A stretch of 64,000 bases of DNA from assembly GCA_963666055.2 (NCBI GenBank), contig CAXWPH010000015.1, positions 1,728,001 to 1,792,000 on the forward strand. The letters are read 5' to 3'. The stretch is from Acidobacteriota bacterium. Lineage in GTDB: Bacteria > Acidobacteriota > UBA890 > WLXD01. Of the stretch, positions 39,976 through 50,182 are shown one piece after another. The notes below the pieces were generated by a model that saw only the letters and a list, made by a program, of their open reading frames with translations, ran no database searches and was not told the origin of the DNA. A program made the translations under genes and the position numbers. How positions within the stretch are numbered: the first letter of the stretch is position 1; the number at the start of each line of letters is the position of its first letter.

Positions 39976-40380
39976 CACACACGTCCTTTCGAAGAGATAC
40001 CGCACGTCGGGCGCGGCTGATTTCGCACATGGTTCCGGGCTGTTGCCCAGCCGGCGGTACCACCGTCAGGACGACGGTTGGCGAGCGGGTCTGCGAGCCG
40101 GTCCTCTCACCGCTCTCTTCATGTCGCGGCCCCTGGCCGCGTCGTGCGTGCTTACGATACTTTCCTCCTGGGTGGACACAGTCTCAACCAAAAAAGCTCG
40201 CGGCAGATGCCGCGAGCGCGGCAACTTAGATGGTCTCTGCTTGCTGCCCCGCACGGTCCATCAAGTTGCTGCAAATCACCGCATCGGTACACATACATGT
40301 AGCACGGTGGGATGCCGCGTTCAACGGCAACAACGCGGCATCCGGATGCTACCGAGCCGTCAAGGAAACCGGCCCGAGCG

Positions 40381-40413
40381 CTAGCAGGGCGTGGTGGACA
40401 CGTGGCCTGCTAG
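40381..40413. repeat. Collapsed mini-element of CTAG family B
   Basis: CTAGCAGG-N17-CCTGCTAG. Confidence 0.7.
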
Positions 40414-40790
40414 TTGGCGTCGTTCCCCTTGGCGGCGAAGTAGAACGAGGTCGCGAAGATGAGCAGTTGGAACTCGAACCCCATGTTGCCGATCGAGTTG
40501 AAGCCGTTGGCGGCGTGCACCATGCCGATCGCGCCCACCATGACGATACAGAAGATCAGCCCGGCGATGCGCGTCGCCGAATCGGAGCCGACGCCCCCGT
40601 ACAGCATCAGCGCCGCACCGGCGATCTCCGCCACGCCGAGCAACATGACCGCAATCGCCGGCATGCCCATCATCTCGGCCATGGCGCCGGATTCGGTCAA
40701 CTTTGGCAGCGCGTGAAACGCAAAGGTGGCGAAAAGCGACAGGCGTGGAAGCCAGTGCGCGAAACCCGCAAAGCCCTTGAGAAAGTCCAT
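40410..40790 (-). CDS. DoxX family membrane protein
   Basis: RLSL...HALPKL, AEIAG, MVGAIGMVH, GFEFQLL. Confidence 0.85.
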   Translation of the reverse strand: MDFLKGFAGFAHWLPRLSLFATFAFHALPKLTESGAMAEMMGMPAIAVMLLGVAEIAGAALMLYGGVGSDSATRIAGLIFCIVMVGAIGMVHAANGFNSIGNMGFEFQLLIFATSFYFAAKGNDAN

Positions 40791-40837
40791 TTCTCCTCCT
40801 CGGGTCGTACAAGACTACGGACCATGGTTCGCGGTAT

Positions 40838-40862
40838 CTAGCAGGCCGTAGTGGAAGTGTGT
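40838..40862 (+). repeat. Solo degenerate end of CTAG family B
   Basis: CTAGCAGGCCGTAGTGGAAGTGTG vs CTAGCAGGCCGTGGTGAAAGTGTG. Confidence 0.7.
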
Positions 40863-40934
40863 CAACCGGCGGCCTGTACCGGGGCTCACGCCGCGGCTCG
40901 CGAAATCGCCCGGCAGGCAACGGGCTCGAGAGCC

Positions 40935-42389
40935 TCAGCCGCCCCGAGCGCGTTCGAACAACCGGTCCAGGGACGGGGATTCCACCACCGCCGAGCGCCT
41001 GGCGGTGAGGACATACAAGAGAGTCGAAAGGAAGACTGCAGGAAAGACCTGATGCACGGTGGACGCGATCGGCAGCCGCGGCCACAGCAGCAGGGTCGTC
41101 AACCCGCCGGCAAACGACGCCAGCACGGCCGCCCCGGTTCCGCGACGCCAGTACAACCCCAGCAGCACTGCAGGCGCGAAACAGGCGGCGAACACAGCGC
41201 CCGAGAGCGCCGTCAAAGCGACGATCCCGCCGGGGGGACGCAGCGCGATGATCGCCGTAACCAAGGCGAACGCCGCCACCCACAGCCGCGTCTTGCGAAG
41301 CTCTGCCCCCTCGGCGCCGGTGCGACCGAGCACACCGGCGATATCACGCTCGGCGGTCGACGCCATCACCAGCAGGACGCTATCAAGCGACGACATCGCC
41401 GCGGCGACCATCGCCAGCAGCAAGAAAGCGGTAATCCCGGGACTGAACACCTCGCCGCCGGTGAGCAGCAGCGGAACGATTTGATCGGTGTCGTCGATTC
41501 CGCTCGGGTAGATGCGCCGGGCGTAGAGACCAAGCGGCACCAGCAGCGAGTAGACCAGTGCGAACGCCAATGTCGATGTCCAGAATCCGGCGCGCACCGC
41601 ATCGACGCTCTTCAGGGCATAGAAGCGCGATAGCTGGCGAGGGTCGGTAACGAACTTCGCCGTACCGGCGATGAGCACGCCTAGCACGTATACGAACGGT
41701 ACCGCGCCGTTCCAGGAGAACAGATGCGCCGTCTCCGCCGCGGCGCGGACCTCGGCGAGCGCGCCCACTCCTCCGGCGGCGCGCACCACACCACCGAACA
41801 GCAAGACGGCGGCGACGATCATCACCAGCCCCTGCACGGCATCGGTCCTCACCACCGAGATGAAACCGCCGATCATCGTGTACGCCACCACGATCACGAA
41901 CACGACAACGATTGCGGCCTCGTAGGGGATCCCGAGGAACGCCTGTACCAGTGTTCCGATGCCTTTGAACACCGCGATCATGTAGAAGATGCTAGCGAAC
42001 AAGACGATCACCGCGGCCATGACCCGCGCCGACGTGCTAGCGAATCGAAACCCGATAAAGTCGGGGATCGTCAACGATTCAAGCTCCTCGGTGAAGAGGC
42101 GCAGCCGTGGTGCGACGCAACGCCAGGCCAGCGCCGACATGATCACGGTCAGCGGCGCCAGCAGCAGCCAGGCGATCCCCCACTCGTAGCTCTGACCGGC
42201 AAAGCCGACGAAGCTATTGGTACTCGAGTAGGTCGCGAAGAACGACAGCCCCAAGGTGACCCCGCCCATCGAGCGCCCGCCAACGTAGTAGTCGGCCAGG
42301 CCGCGCGTCTCACGACTTCCTCGCCAGGCGTGGTAGGCGAGCAACCCGGTATAGGCCGCCAGCAGCAGGTGCACCGGCCAGTAGGTCAT
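40935..42389 (-). CDS. Sodium:solute symporter
   Basis: DYYVGGRSMG, TIPDFIGFRF, SVVRTDAVQG, AAAMSSLDS. Confidence 0.92.
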   Translation of the reverse strand: MTYWPVHLLLAAYTGLLAYHAWRGSRETRGLADYYVGGRSMGGVTLGLSFFATYSSTNSFVGFAGQSYEWGIAWLLLAPLTVIMSALAWRCVAPRLRLFTEELESLTIPDFIGFRFASTSARVMAAVIVLFASIFYMIAVFKGIGTLVQAFLGIPYEAAIVVVFVIVVAYTMIGGFISVVRTDAVQGLVMIVAAVLLFGGVVRAAGGVGALAEVRAAAETAHLFSWNGAVPFVYVLGVLIAGTAKFVTDPRQLSRFYALKSVDAVRAGFWTSTLAFALVYSLLVPLGLYARRIYPSGIDDTDQIVPLLLTGGEVFSPGITAFLLLAMVAAAMSSLDSVLLVMASTAERDIAGVLGRTGAEGAELRKTRLWVAAFALVTAIIALRPPGGIVALTALSGAVFAACFAPAVLLGLYWRRGTGAAVLASFAGGLTTLLLWPRLPIASTVHQVFPAVFLSTLLYVLTARRSAVVESPSLDRLFERARGG

Positions 42390-42414
42390 CAAAGAATCGA
42401 GTATCGTGCTCAGT

Positions 42415-43911
42415 TCAAACACCCCCGGCAAAGTATCGGTGCAGCGCCAGCTTAGTCACCTTACCCATCGAGTTACGGGGGAGCTGGTCGAGATACCGTA
42501 TGCGGCGAGGCACCTTGTATGGCGCCAGCCGTTCCTTGCACCAGCTGCGGATGGCCTCCGGGCGCGGCTCATCGCCACCCACCACGACGATCGTTGCGCA
42601 CACACGCTCGCCCCACTCCTCGTCGGCCACGCCGACCACCGCCACGTCGGCGATCGCCGGGTGCTGGCGTAGGGTCTCCTCGATCTCCAGGGCCGAGACC
42701 TTGTACCCACCGGTCTTGATGATGTCGACACTGCGGCGCCCGAGGATGCGGAAGTAGCCGTCTTCCAGAACTCCCTCGTCGCCGGTCATGAACCAACCCT
42801 CGCGAAACGCCACCGCAGTCTCCTCGGGTCGCCGCCAATACTGGCGGAACACTTGCGGACCACACACCTCGATCTGGCCGGACGTACCCTCCGCTACCTC
42901 GATGCCGGCGCCATCCACGATACGGGCCTCGACGCCGGGCAGCGGCTGCCCTACCGTGCCGGCGCGGCGCTCTCCGTCCAGCGAATTGGACAGCGCCATG
43001 CCGATCTCGGTCATACCGTAGCGCTCGAGAAGACGGTGTCCGGTGATCTCCTGCCAGCGTTCCATTGTCGATACCGGTAGCGCCGCCGAGCCCGACGTCA
43101 TCAAGCGCAATCCCGCCGCCGCCCGCGACCATCGGTCTCGTGCCGCATCCGAGGCGTTCTCCCAGGCACGGATCAACCGACCATAGATCGTCGGGACGGC
43201 CATGAACACGGTGATATCGCCCGAGGCGAACCGCTCCCACACCACCTCCGGATCGAACGGCGAGGAAAATTCGCAACAAGCGCCCGACCAGAGCGCCGTG
43301 TCCATCGCGACGATCATCCCGTGCACGTGGTGCAATGGCAGCACGTGCAGAATGCGATCGTCGGCACGCCAGCCCCAGGCCTGCGCGAGCGCCGTGATCT
43401 GCGCTTGGACCATCGAGTGCGTCGTAACGACTCCCTTCGGCACACCCGTTGTACCGCTCGTGTAAACCATGAGCGCCGGACGATCGGGCGCCACCTCCGG
43501 GAGCGCCGGCACGGCGGCTGCAGCGCTCAGCGCCTGCACGGCCAGGAGCTCGATTCCGGCGCGGCCTGCAATGCCACGCAGGCGCTCTGCCTCCGCGTCG
43601 GATCCGATCAGAGCAGTGGGCTCACAGTCGGCAACGGCGCGCTCGAGCTCAGGCCCCGGGTGTGACAGCGCCAGGGGTACCGCCATTCCGCCGGCGCGCC
43701 AGATACCCCACCGCACGGCAACATGATCAACGCCCGGCGACACCAGAAAGGCCACGCGTCGATCGCGCAGGTCGTCTCGGTCGCCCAGCAGGGCTGCTGC
43801 GACCGCACCCGAGCGCGCCAGCAGCGCCAAGTATGTCGCCGTCCCGCCTGACCCGTCGATCGCCAGCCGATCGCCAAAGCTGCCGGCTTTGCGAGCAAGC
43901 TCGATTCCCAT
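42415..43911 (-). CDS. Acyl-CoA synthetase, malonyl-CoA synthetase (MatB/ACSF3)-like
   Basis: YTSGTTGVPKG, LPLHHVHG, LLERYGMTE, TGD, PRNSMGK. Confidence 0.9.
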   Translation of the reverse strand: MGIELARKAGSFGDRLAIDGSGGTATYLALLARSGAVAAALLGDRDDLRDRRVAFLVSPGVDHVAVRWGIWRAGGMAVPLALSHPGPELERAVADCEPTALIGSDAEAERLRGIAGRAGIELLAVQALSAAAAVPALPEVAPDRPALMVYTSGTTGVPKGVVTTHSMVQAQITALAQAWGWRADDRILHVLPLHHVHGMIVAMDTALWSGACCEFSSPFDPEVVWERFASGDITVFMAVPTIYGRLIRAWENASDAARDRWSRAAAGLRLMTSGSAALPVSTMERWQEITGHRLLERYGMTEIGMALSNSLDGERRAGTVGQPLPGVEARIVDGAGIEVAEGTSGQIEVCGPQVFRQYWRRPEETAVAFREGWFMTGDEGVLEDGYFRILGRRSVDIIKTGGYKVSALEIEETLRQHPAIADVAVVGVADEEWGERVCATIVVVGGDEPRPEAIRSWCKERLAPYKVPRRIRYLDQLPRNSMGKVTKLALHRYFAGGV

Positions 43912-44115
43912 GCGCGTAGACTCTATACACGCTGCATGGCCAGGGTCCGAATTCTATGCGGGCCAGTATCGAACACCTGTGCGCCTGGATGGCCAGCAAT
44001 GGGGCCGACACCTTCGACGGTGGGCCACTCTTACGACCCCCGCTGTTGGTTTCCGCCGGTGCAGCGGATAGATTGCAGAGGTACTTGCAAGCTGTGCTGT
44101 GTAGGAGTGTGCCCG

Positions 44116-46437
44116 ATGAAGAGGTCCCGTCCGCCCGTTCTCACCATCGCGCTGTTGATGCTGGTATCGGCAGCCGTGCTGCCCTCATCGAACCGCGCCG
44201 CCGCCGCGATCCACTCCAACGCCATGGCGCATCCAGGGCTCGGCATCGCTCAGGAAGCGCTGCCGGCGCAGACGCCGCTGTTCCGCAGCGCGGTGACACG
44301 AGTGCGCGTCGATGCCATCGTCACCGACAACGACGGCAATTTTGTCGACAACCTCACTCAGGAAGACTTCCAGATCTTCGAGGACGGCGTCGAGCAGCGA
44401 ATTCTCAATATTCAGCTGGTCGACCTCGAGACCGGCGAAACGGTCGACGTGCCATCGGAATCTGCCGCGCACGAGAGCGCCAGCTCGAGCACCGGCGGCA
44501 ACGGTGCGTACGACGCTGGTGCGGAGCTCACAGCGATCGCCAGAACGCCCGGTACGCTCGGTGCGATCGTCTACCTCGTCGACCTGCCAAGCCTGGATCA
44601 AAAAAACAAGCCCAGGCTCGCCGCGACTTTCCACGACTTCATCGAGGGTTCCGAGACACTGCACGTGCCGCGTAGCGTGTTCATGATCGACCAGCATGGC
44701 GCAGTGCAGGAGCTCGCCCCCCTGACCACCGATCGTGACGTGCTACGCGAGGCGGCCGAGAAGTTGTCTGTGGCTGGGCTGACACGCAAGACCATATTCA
44801 CGCGCATCACGACGGACTACGAGCCCGTGATGCAGCTGGCGATCGAGGCAGTGAACTCCGCCACCACGGGCGCCGGTTTCGCCGTGGGGACACCGCTCCA
44901 ACAAAATGTAAGACTGCGCGAGATCGTCGGCAACCTGGAAGAACAGGCGCGGCGAGACGGGGATCTGGAGCGCCAGCGGGGTGAGGCGACACTCACCACC
45001 CTTCTCCGCTTCACCAACGCCCTGTCGGCGATGGAGGGGCGCACGGCGCTGGTGTGGATCTCCTCCGGGGCCATGCTCAGTGAAGGCGGCCCGTACCAAG
45101 CCTACGCGGCCGCCGTTCGCGATGCGGTTGCCGTAGAGGCCGGCCGATCGCGGCTCGGGCGGGCCGCGCCGAACCGTCGCATCCTGGACCTACTGGAGGA
45201 GCTGTACGAAACCGCCAACACCGGCAACGTGAGCATCTATACGGTGGATCCGCGACCGATCTCCGAGCTCAACAATCTCGGGACCGCGGCTAGCGTCAGC
45301 GACAATCTCGTTTCGCAAGCGCTGCGTCGGCACGTTCGCCCTGCATATCGCGACCTCACTGCGCCTCTGCACGAGATTGCCAGCAGGACCGGCGCCCGGG
45401 CGTTCATCGGCTGGAGCAACCTGTCGGACGCCTTCGAGCAGCAAGTCCGCGACGCGAGCCGCTTCTACCTGGTGTTCTACGAGCCGCCACCGCCGCACGC
45501 CGATGGCGAGTACCACCAGATCGAGGTGACCCTGCGGCGGCAGGGCTTGCAGGTCCGCGCCCGCTCAGGCTACCGCGATCTGGCAGAGCCCGAGCTGAAG
45601 ACGCGCCAGATCGCCGCCGCGCTGGCGCTGCCCGGCTCGGTCATGGGTCGTCCGGTTCCGACTGCGGCGTATCAGCGATTCGCCGACGACGGCACGCCAA
45701 CCATCCTGCTAGTCGCTGGTCTGCCGCTGCCTGCGGAATCAGTCGACGGCAGCTGGGCTCCGGCGTTCGAGAGCATCGATATCTCGAGCCCCGACGTCAC
45801 CGCTGCCGACGGCTGGGTCGAGACCCTCGGTATCCGATACTTCCGGGTGCACGCCATCGCGCTGAACCGCGCCGGCAAAGTCGGCGCCGAGAGCCATGTA
45901 GTGGTCGAGCCGAGGCCGGACCTGTTTCGATACGCGCCCGACAACGCCTTCCGGCACTTCCGGTATACGGCCGAGTGGAGCGTCGATCCGGGTGAGTACG
46001 ATCTGCGCGTCGTGATCGCCGAGGACGGCGGCGACCGTGTGGGCACGGCGCGCCTCGAAGTTGAGGTGCCGTCTCCGGCAGACGGTTGGAACATGGGAGA
46101 CCCGATGCTCGTGGCGGTGGATCAGCGCACCGGGCTGATGCCGTTGCTCGGGCAAGGCGTGCCGGCGGGCATGCCGATCGCAGCCAGTGTCGAGGTTATA
46201 CATGGCATCGATCCGTTCGTGTCGGCAACGATTTTCCGTCGCGATGCGCGACGACCGGTTGCCGACATACCGGGGCAGTCGCTACCGCCCACCGGCCTGA
46301 CGGTGCACCGAGGAGCGCTCAAGCTGCCCACCAACCTCGAGCCAGGGAACTACCTGGTCGAGGTTCGGGTCATCGATGTCGACGCCAATGGGCAGGCGAT
46401 TCGACTGCTGCCCCTGGAAGTAGTCGCCCGCAACTAG
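44116..46437 (+). CDS. Acidobacterial-type VWA domain secreted protein
   Basis: FRSAVTRVRVDAIVTD...LTQEDFQIFEDGVEQ, GRTALVWIS, DGEYHQIEV...VRARSGY. Confidence 0.82.
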   Translation: MKRSRPPVLTIALLMLVSAAVLPSSNRAAAAIHSNAMAHPGLGIAQEALPAQTPLFRSAVTRVRVDAIVTDNDGNFVDNLTQEDFQIFEDGVEQRILNIQLVDLETGETVDVPSESAAHESASSSTGGNGAYDAGAELTAIARTPGTLGAIVYLVDLPSLDQKNKPRLAATFHDFIEGSETLHVPRSVFMIDQHGAVQELAPLTTDRDVLREAAEKLSVAGLTRKTIFTRITTDYEPVMQLAIEAVNSATTGAGFAVGTPLQQNVRLREIVGNLEEQARRDGDLERQRGEATLTTLLRFTNALSAMEGRTALVWISSGAMLSEGGPYQAYAAAVRDAVAVEAGRSRLGRAAPNRRILDLLEELYETANTGNVSIYTVDPRPISELNNLGTAASVSDNLVSQALRRHVRPAYRDLTAPLHEIASRTGARAFIGWSNLSDAFEQQVRDASRFYLVFYEPPPPHADGEYHQIEVTLRRQGLQVRARSGYRDLAEPELKTRQIAAALALPGSVMGRPVPTAAYQRFADDGTPTILLVAGLPLPAESVDGSWAPAFESIDISSPDVTAADGWVETLGIRYFRVHAIALNRAGKVGAESHVVVEPRPDLFRYAPDNAFRHFRYTAEWSVDPGEYDLRVVIAEDGGDRVGTARLEVEVPSPADGWNMGDPMLVAVDQRTGLMPLLGQGVPAGMPIAASVEVIHGIDPFVSATIFRRDARRPVADIPGQSLPPTGLTVHRGALKLPTNLEPGNYLVEVRVIDVDANGQAIRLLPLEVVARN

Positions 46438-46451
46438 TCGCCCGCAACTAG
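46421..46451 (+). repeat. 14-bp tandem duplication at VWA gene stop
   Basis: TAGTCGCCCGCAAC x2 + TAG. Confidence 0.9.
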
Positions 46452-46725
46452 TGGCCTGTAACAGATGATCGTTGCATATCGCAGATGGGATTTGCGGGTG
46501 AGATCAAGGCGCGGCGAGGAAGGCGATGCAGTGGGCATCGTCGATGAGGCGCAACGCCGAGATCGCCCGCAACTGCCCATCTGTCCGCAGGATGGCGGCG
46601 AAATCGGCCCGTCTGCGGCGTTGCTCCTCCTCGAGGATGGGCAAACATCGTCTCGTCGTCGCGCCTGGCATCCGGACCCATTTCGCCACCACGATATGCA
46701 ACGATCATCTGTTACAGGCCACTAG
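46448..46725. mobile_element. 278-bp MITE-like element, family A
   Basis: Perfect 34-bp terminal IR CTAGTGGCCTGTAACAGATGATCGTTGCATATCG; non-coding; between convergent genes. Confidence 0.85.
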
Positions 46726-46746
46726 TGTCCTGAGTCAGGACACTAG
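46722..46746. repeat. 25-bp CTAG-bounded palindrome
   Basis: CTAGTGTCCTGA-G-TCAGGACACTAG, sharing CTAGs with neighbouring elements. Confidence 0.85.
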
Positions 46747-46781
46747 AGCGCCGTGGTGGAAGTGTGGCGGGCCGTCAGATT

Positions 46782-48014
46782 CTACGAGGCTCCTTGACCC
46801 GGCTCCGTGGCGTTGACCAACGCTCCCATGTTGCCGTAGGGGTGGCGGTTCTCGTGCATCAGCTGATGCGCCTCGCCGATCTCATCGAACGCGAAGGTCT
46901 GTGACAGGCAAGGATCCACTTTCTTGTCGATGATCAGCTGGTTGACCGCCGCTGCCTGCTCGTCGTTGGACAGGTGGCTGCCCTGGAAGCGCTTCTGACG
47001 CATCCAGTGATACCGCAAATCGAGCGTCGCGTTGTAACCGGTGGTGCCGGCGCAGATCACCACCATGCCGCCAGTCGAGGCCACGAAGATCGACGTCGGG
47101 ATGGTCGCTTCTCCCGGGTGGTCGAAGACGATCGTCGGGCTTACGCGCCCGCCGGCAGCCTCCCAGATCGCCTTGCCGAAAGCTCGTGCCCCCTTCGCCC
47201 AGGCGCCGTACTCCGGGCTGTTGGTGTCGGGCATCACCCCCCAGTGGTCGAAGTCGCTGCGATTGATGACACCGATGGCACCGAGCTGCTTGCAGAAGTC
47301 GACCTTGTCCTCGCTCGAGACAACCGCGATCGGCCGGCCGCCGACGGCGGCGGCGATCTGGATCCCCATCGAGCCTAGCCCCCCCGCGCCTCCCCAGATC
47401 AACACCACGTTGTCGGGCTCGACGACGTTCGGCGCCCATCCCATCAACATGCGATAGGCAGTCGAGGCGCAGAGCATATAGCAGCCGGCCTGCTCCCAGG
47501 TGAGGTGCTCGGGCTTGGGTTGGCACTGGTGCGCTTGTGCTTTGGCGAACTGGCAAAAACTGCCGTAGTTGGTCTGGTAGCCCCAGATCTTGGTGCTCTC
47601 GGCGAGCATCGGGTCGCGCCCCGACAGCACCCACGGATCCTCCGGATGCCACCAACCGCTATGAACCACGACCTCGTCACCTGGCTTCACGTTGGTGACA
47701 TCGTCGCCGACCTTCCAGACAATCCCCGAGCAGTCGCTGCCTCCGGCGTGGAAATCCTCGGGCTCGCCGCCCTTCTGGCGCACCGCGATGACGTCGAGCG
47801 GCTTGCCGAGCGCCGCCCATACGTTGTTGTAGTTGATTCCCGTCGCCATGTTGTAGATCAGCACCTCGTCGGAACCGATCACAGGCGTCGGGATGATCTC
47901 GTGCTTGAACGCGTCGCGAGGCTCACCAAAGCGGTCCTGCCGGATGATGCAAGCGTGCATCTCGTCCGGAACCTCACCGAGTGGCGGGCGTTCTCCAAGC
48001 TCACAAATCTTCAT
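46782..48014 (-). CDS. ccr: Crotonyl-CoA carboxylase/reductase
   Basis: [54 protein letters not shown]. Confidence 0.9.
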   Translation of the reverse strand: MKICELGERPPLGEVPDEMHACIIRQDRFGEPRDAFKHEIIPTPVIGSDEVLIYNMATGINYNNVWAALGKPLDVIAVRQKGGEPEDFHAGGSDCSGIVWKVGDDVTNVKPGDEVVVHSGWWHPEDPWVLSGRDPMLAESTKIWGYQTNYGSFCQFAKAQAHQCQPKPEHLTWEQAGCYMLCASTAYRMLMGWAPNVVEPDNVVLIWGGAGGLGSMGIQIAAAVGGRPIAVVSSEDKVDFCKQLGAIGVINRSDFDHWGVMPDTNSPEYGAWAKGARAFGKAIWEAAGGRVSPTIVFDHPGEATIPTSIFVASTGGMVVICAGTTGYNATLDLRYHWMRQKRFQGSHLSNDEQAAAVNQLIIDKKVDPCLSQTFAFDEIGEAHQLMHENRHPYGNMGALVNATEPGQGAS

Positions 48015-48158
48015 GGGGTCTCCTGACCGAGGCAGTTCGCAAGTCTCTTACTCAAGCGGCGTGGCACGAACGCCAGGACGCCAGTGGATCCCCTCATATC
48101 GCCGTTCCGCCCGTCGATGTCAAGTCGGCAGGGCGGCAAGACCAGCGGCTGACACCTG

Positions 48159-48436
48159 CTAGCAGGCCGTGGTGAAAGTGTGGTGGGTCTGGTTACGGCG
48201 AGTTAGGGCCAGGTGCAAGGCGGCCTGACACAGGCGATGCCCCGGCCATCGTCGAGGAAGGCCAACGCCGCAAATGGCCCCAAATCGCCATAACCCTTCG
48301 GGCGACAGGGGGTTGCGCGCGTATGCTGCGTCGTTCCTCGTCAACGATGGGGTAACCATCGCCTCCTCCTCTCTCCTTGCCTCACTTCGCAAGACCCTGT
48401 CGCCAGACCCGCCACACTTTCACCACGGCCTGCTAG
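48159..48436. mobile_element. 278-bp MITE-like element, family B
   Basis: 34-bp terminal IR CTAGCAGGCCGTGGTGAAAGTGTGG(T/C)GGGTCTGG, 33/34. Confidence 0.85.
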
Positions 48437-48448
48437 TGTGCGCCCTAC

Positions 48449-49240
48449 ATGCATGCAACAAAGCCCGGGGGAGCCCTCGAAGCCACGCTCCGTAACGACC
48501 GCCTGTTCGTGCTGGGCGGGTTGATCGCCGCCTCACTGCTCGCCTGGGTGTACACGGTCAAGCTGGCTCGGGAGCTCCCGCACCTGCCCGCAGCGCACAT
48601 CGGCGCAGCGCGAACCCTCCCCTGGAATCCGGGTGACTTGGGGCTGCTGTTCCTGATGTGGACGGTCATGATGACCGCCATGATGGTACCAACCGCCGCG
48701 CCGATGGTGCTGGCGTTCGCCAAGATCAAGCGCAAGCAGGGCCCAGATCTTGCACCGATGTGGCCGGTGGTCGCCTTCGTGCTCGGCTACGTTGTCGTGT
48801 GGACGGTGTTCAGCGGCTTGGCAACTATTGTGGAGTGGAGGCTGCATGTTGCCACCCTGGTAGACGTCGACGGCGCCGCCGCCAGCCCACTCTTCGGCGG
48901 GGTGCTCCTGTTCACGGCCGGAGTGTTCCAATGGACGCCGTTGAAGCAAGCCTGCCTCAGACACTGCCGTTCGCCGCTGGCATTCTTCATGACCAGCTGG
49001 CGCGACGGCTGGCGCGGTGCCCTGGCCATGGGGCTCGAACACGGCATCTACTGTGTCGGTTGTTGCTGGGCGCTCATGGCCCTGATGTTCGTCGCCGGGG
49101 TCATGAACCTGCTATGGCTGGCGGTAATCGCCGCCTTCGTGCTGCTGGAAAAAGTGGTCCCGTCCGTGCGACTGGTGAGCAATACCGCCGGCGTCTTGCT
49201 GACCGTCTGGGGGTTGTACTTGATCCGCCTGGGCTTCTGA
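48449..49240 (+). CDS. DUF2182 family metal-binding membrane protein
   Basis: MWTVMMTAMMVP, QWTPLKQACLRHCRSP, YCVGCCWALM, LLEK. Confidence 0.9.
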   Translation: MHATKPGGALEATLRNDRLFVLGGLIAASLLAWVYTVKLARELPHLPAAHIGAARTLPWNPGDLGLLFLMWTVMMTAMMVPTAAPMVLAFAKIKRKQGPDLAPMWPVVAFVLGYVVVWTVFSGLATIVEWRLHVATLVDVDGAAASPLFGGVLLFTAGVFQWTPLKQACLRHCRSPLAFFMTSWRDGWRGALAMGLEHGIYCVGCCWALMALMFVAGVMNLLWLAVIAAFVLLEKVVPSVRLVSNTAGVLLTVWGLYLIRLGF

Positions 49241-49278
49241 CAGGTGCTAAGGTCCTGACTCGAGAAACGGGAGGAGCT

Positions 49279-49890
49279 ATGGCGGCAGGTTGGAGGATCC
49301 GTGGCGAGATTGTGCTGAGCTGCAACTGCGATGTGTTCTGTCCGTGTGTGGTGTCGCTCGGAACCGCGCAGCCCAGCCATGGTGTCTGCCACACCTGGTA
49401 CGCCATCAACATTCACCAGGGCAATGCCGGCCGGTTGAAGCTTGACGGCCTCAAGGTCGCTGTCCTGATGGATGTACCTGGCGCGCTCGCCGACGGAGGT
49501 TGGACGGTAGGGCTCTACGTCGACGAGAAAGCCAGCGCGGCAAAAGTGACGGCGCTCGAGAGGATCCTGTCGGGCAAGGCAGGTGGGCCCATCAGCTGGT
49601 TCTCGATCATGATCGCCGATTTTCTCGGCACCAAGCAGGTACCGATCAGCTTCGAAAAAGAGGGGCGCGGCTGGCGTGTCGGCATCCCTAAGATCATCGA
49701 CGGCCACGTGGAGCCCATAAAGGGGCGCGGCGGTAAGGGAGTCACCAAGGTGACCAACAGCGGCTATTGGATGGCGCCCGATATCGTCGTGTGCAGCGCA
49801 AAGGTGAGCCGGTACCGTGACTGGGGACGGAACTGGAACCTCGAGGGCCAGAGCGGCGAGTACGCCAAGATCGACTGGCAGGGGCCCTAG
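49279..49890 (+). CDS. DUF1326 family protein
   Basis: GGAGGAG SD; SCNCDVFCPC, YVDEKAS...ILSG. Confidence 0.9.
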   Translation: MAAGWRIRGEIVLSCNCDVFCPCVVSLGTAQPSHGVCHTWYAINIHQGNAGRLKLDGLKVAVLMDVPGALADGGWTVGLYVDEKASAAKVTALERILSGKAGGPISWFSIMIADFLGTKQVPISFEKEGRGWRVGIPKIIDGHVEPIKGRGGKGVTKVTNSGYWMAPDIVVCSAKVSRYRDWGRNWNLEGQSGEYAKIDWQGP

Positions 49891-50143
49891 CAGGCCGTGG
49901 TGAAAGTGTGGCGGGCCTGGTTACGGCGAGTTGGGGCCAGATGCAAGGCGGCCTGACGCAGGCGATGCCCTAGCCATCGTCCAGGAGGGCCAACGCCGCA
50001 GATGGCCCCAAATCGCCGTAACCCTCCGGGCGATAGGGGGTTGCGCGCATGTGCTGTGTCGTTCCTCGTCAACGATGGGGTAACCATCGCCTCCTCCTTT
50101 CTCCTTGCCTCCACCTCGCAAGACCCTGTCGCCAGGCCCGCCA
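49887..50143. mobile_element. Second family B element, right end truncated
   Basis: Collinear close copy of 48159-48436 in the same orientation, lacking the last ~21 bp. Confidence 0.85.
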
Positions 50144-50182
50144 AGCTACGGATCACGACCCGCGCATTCGTCTCAGTCGCCG

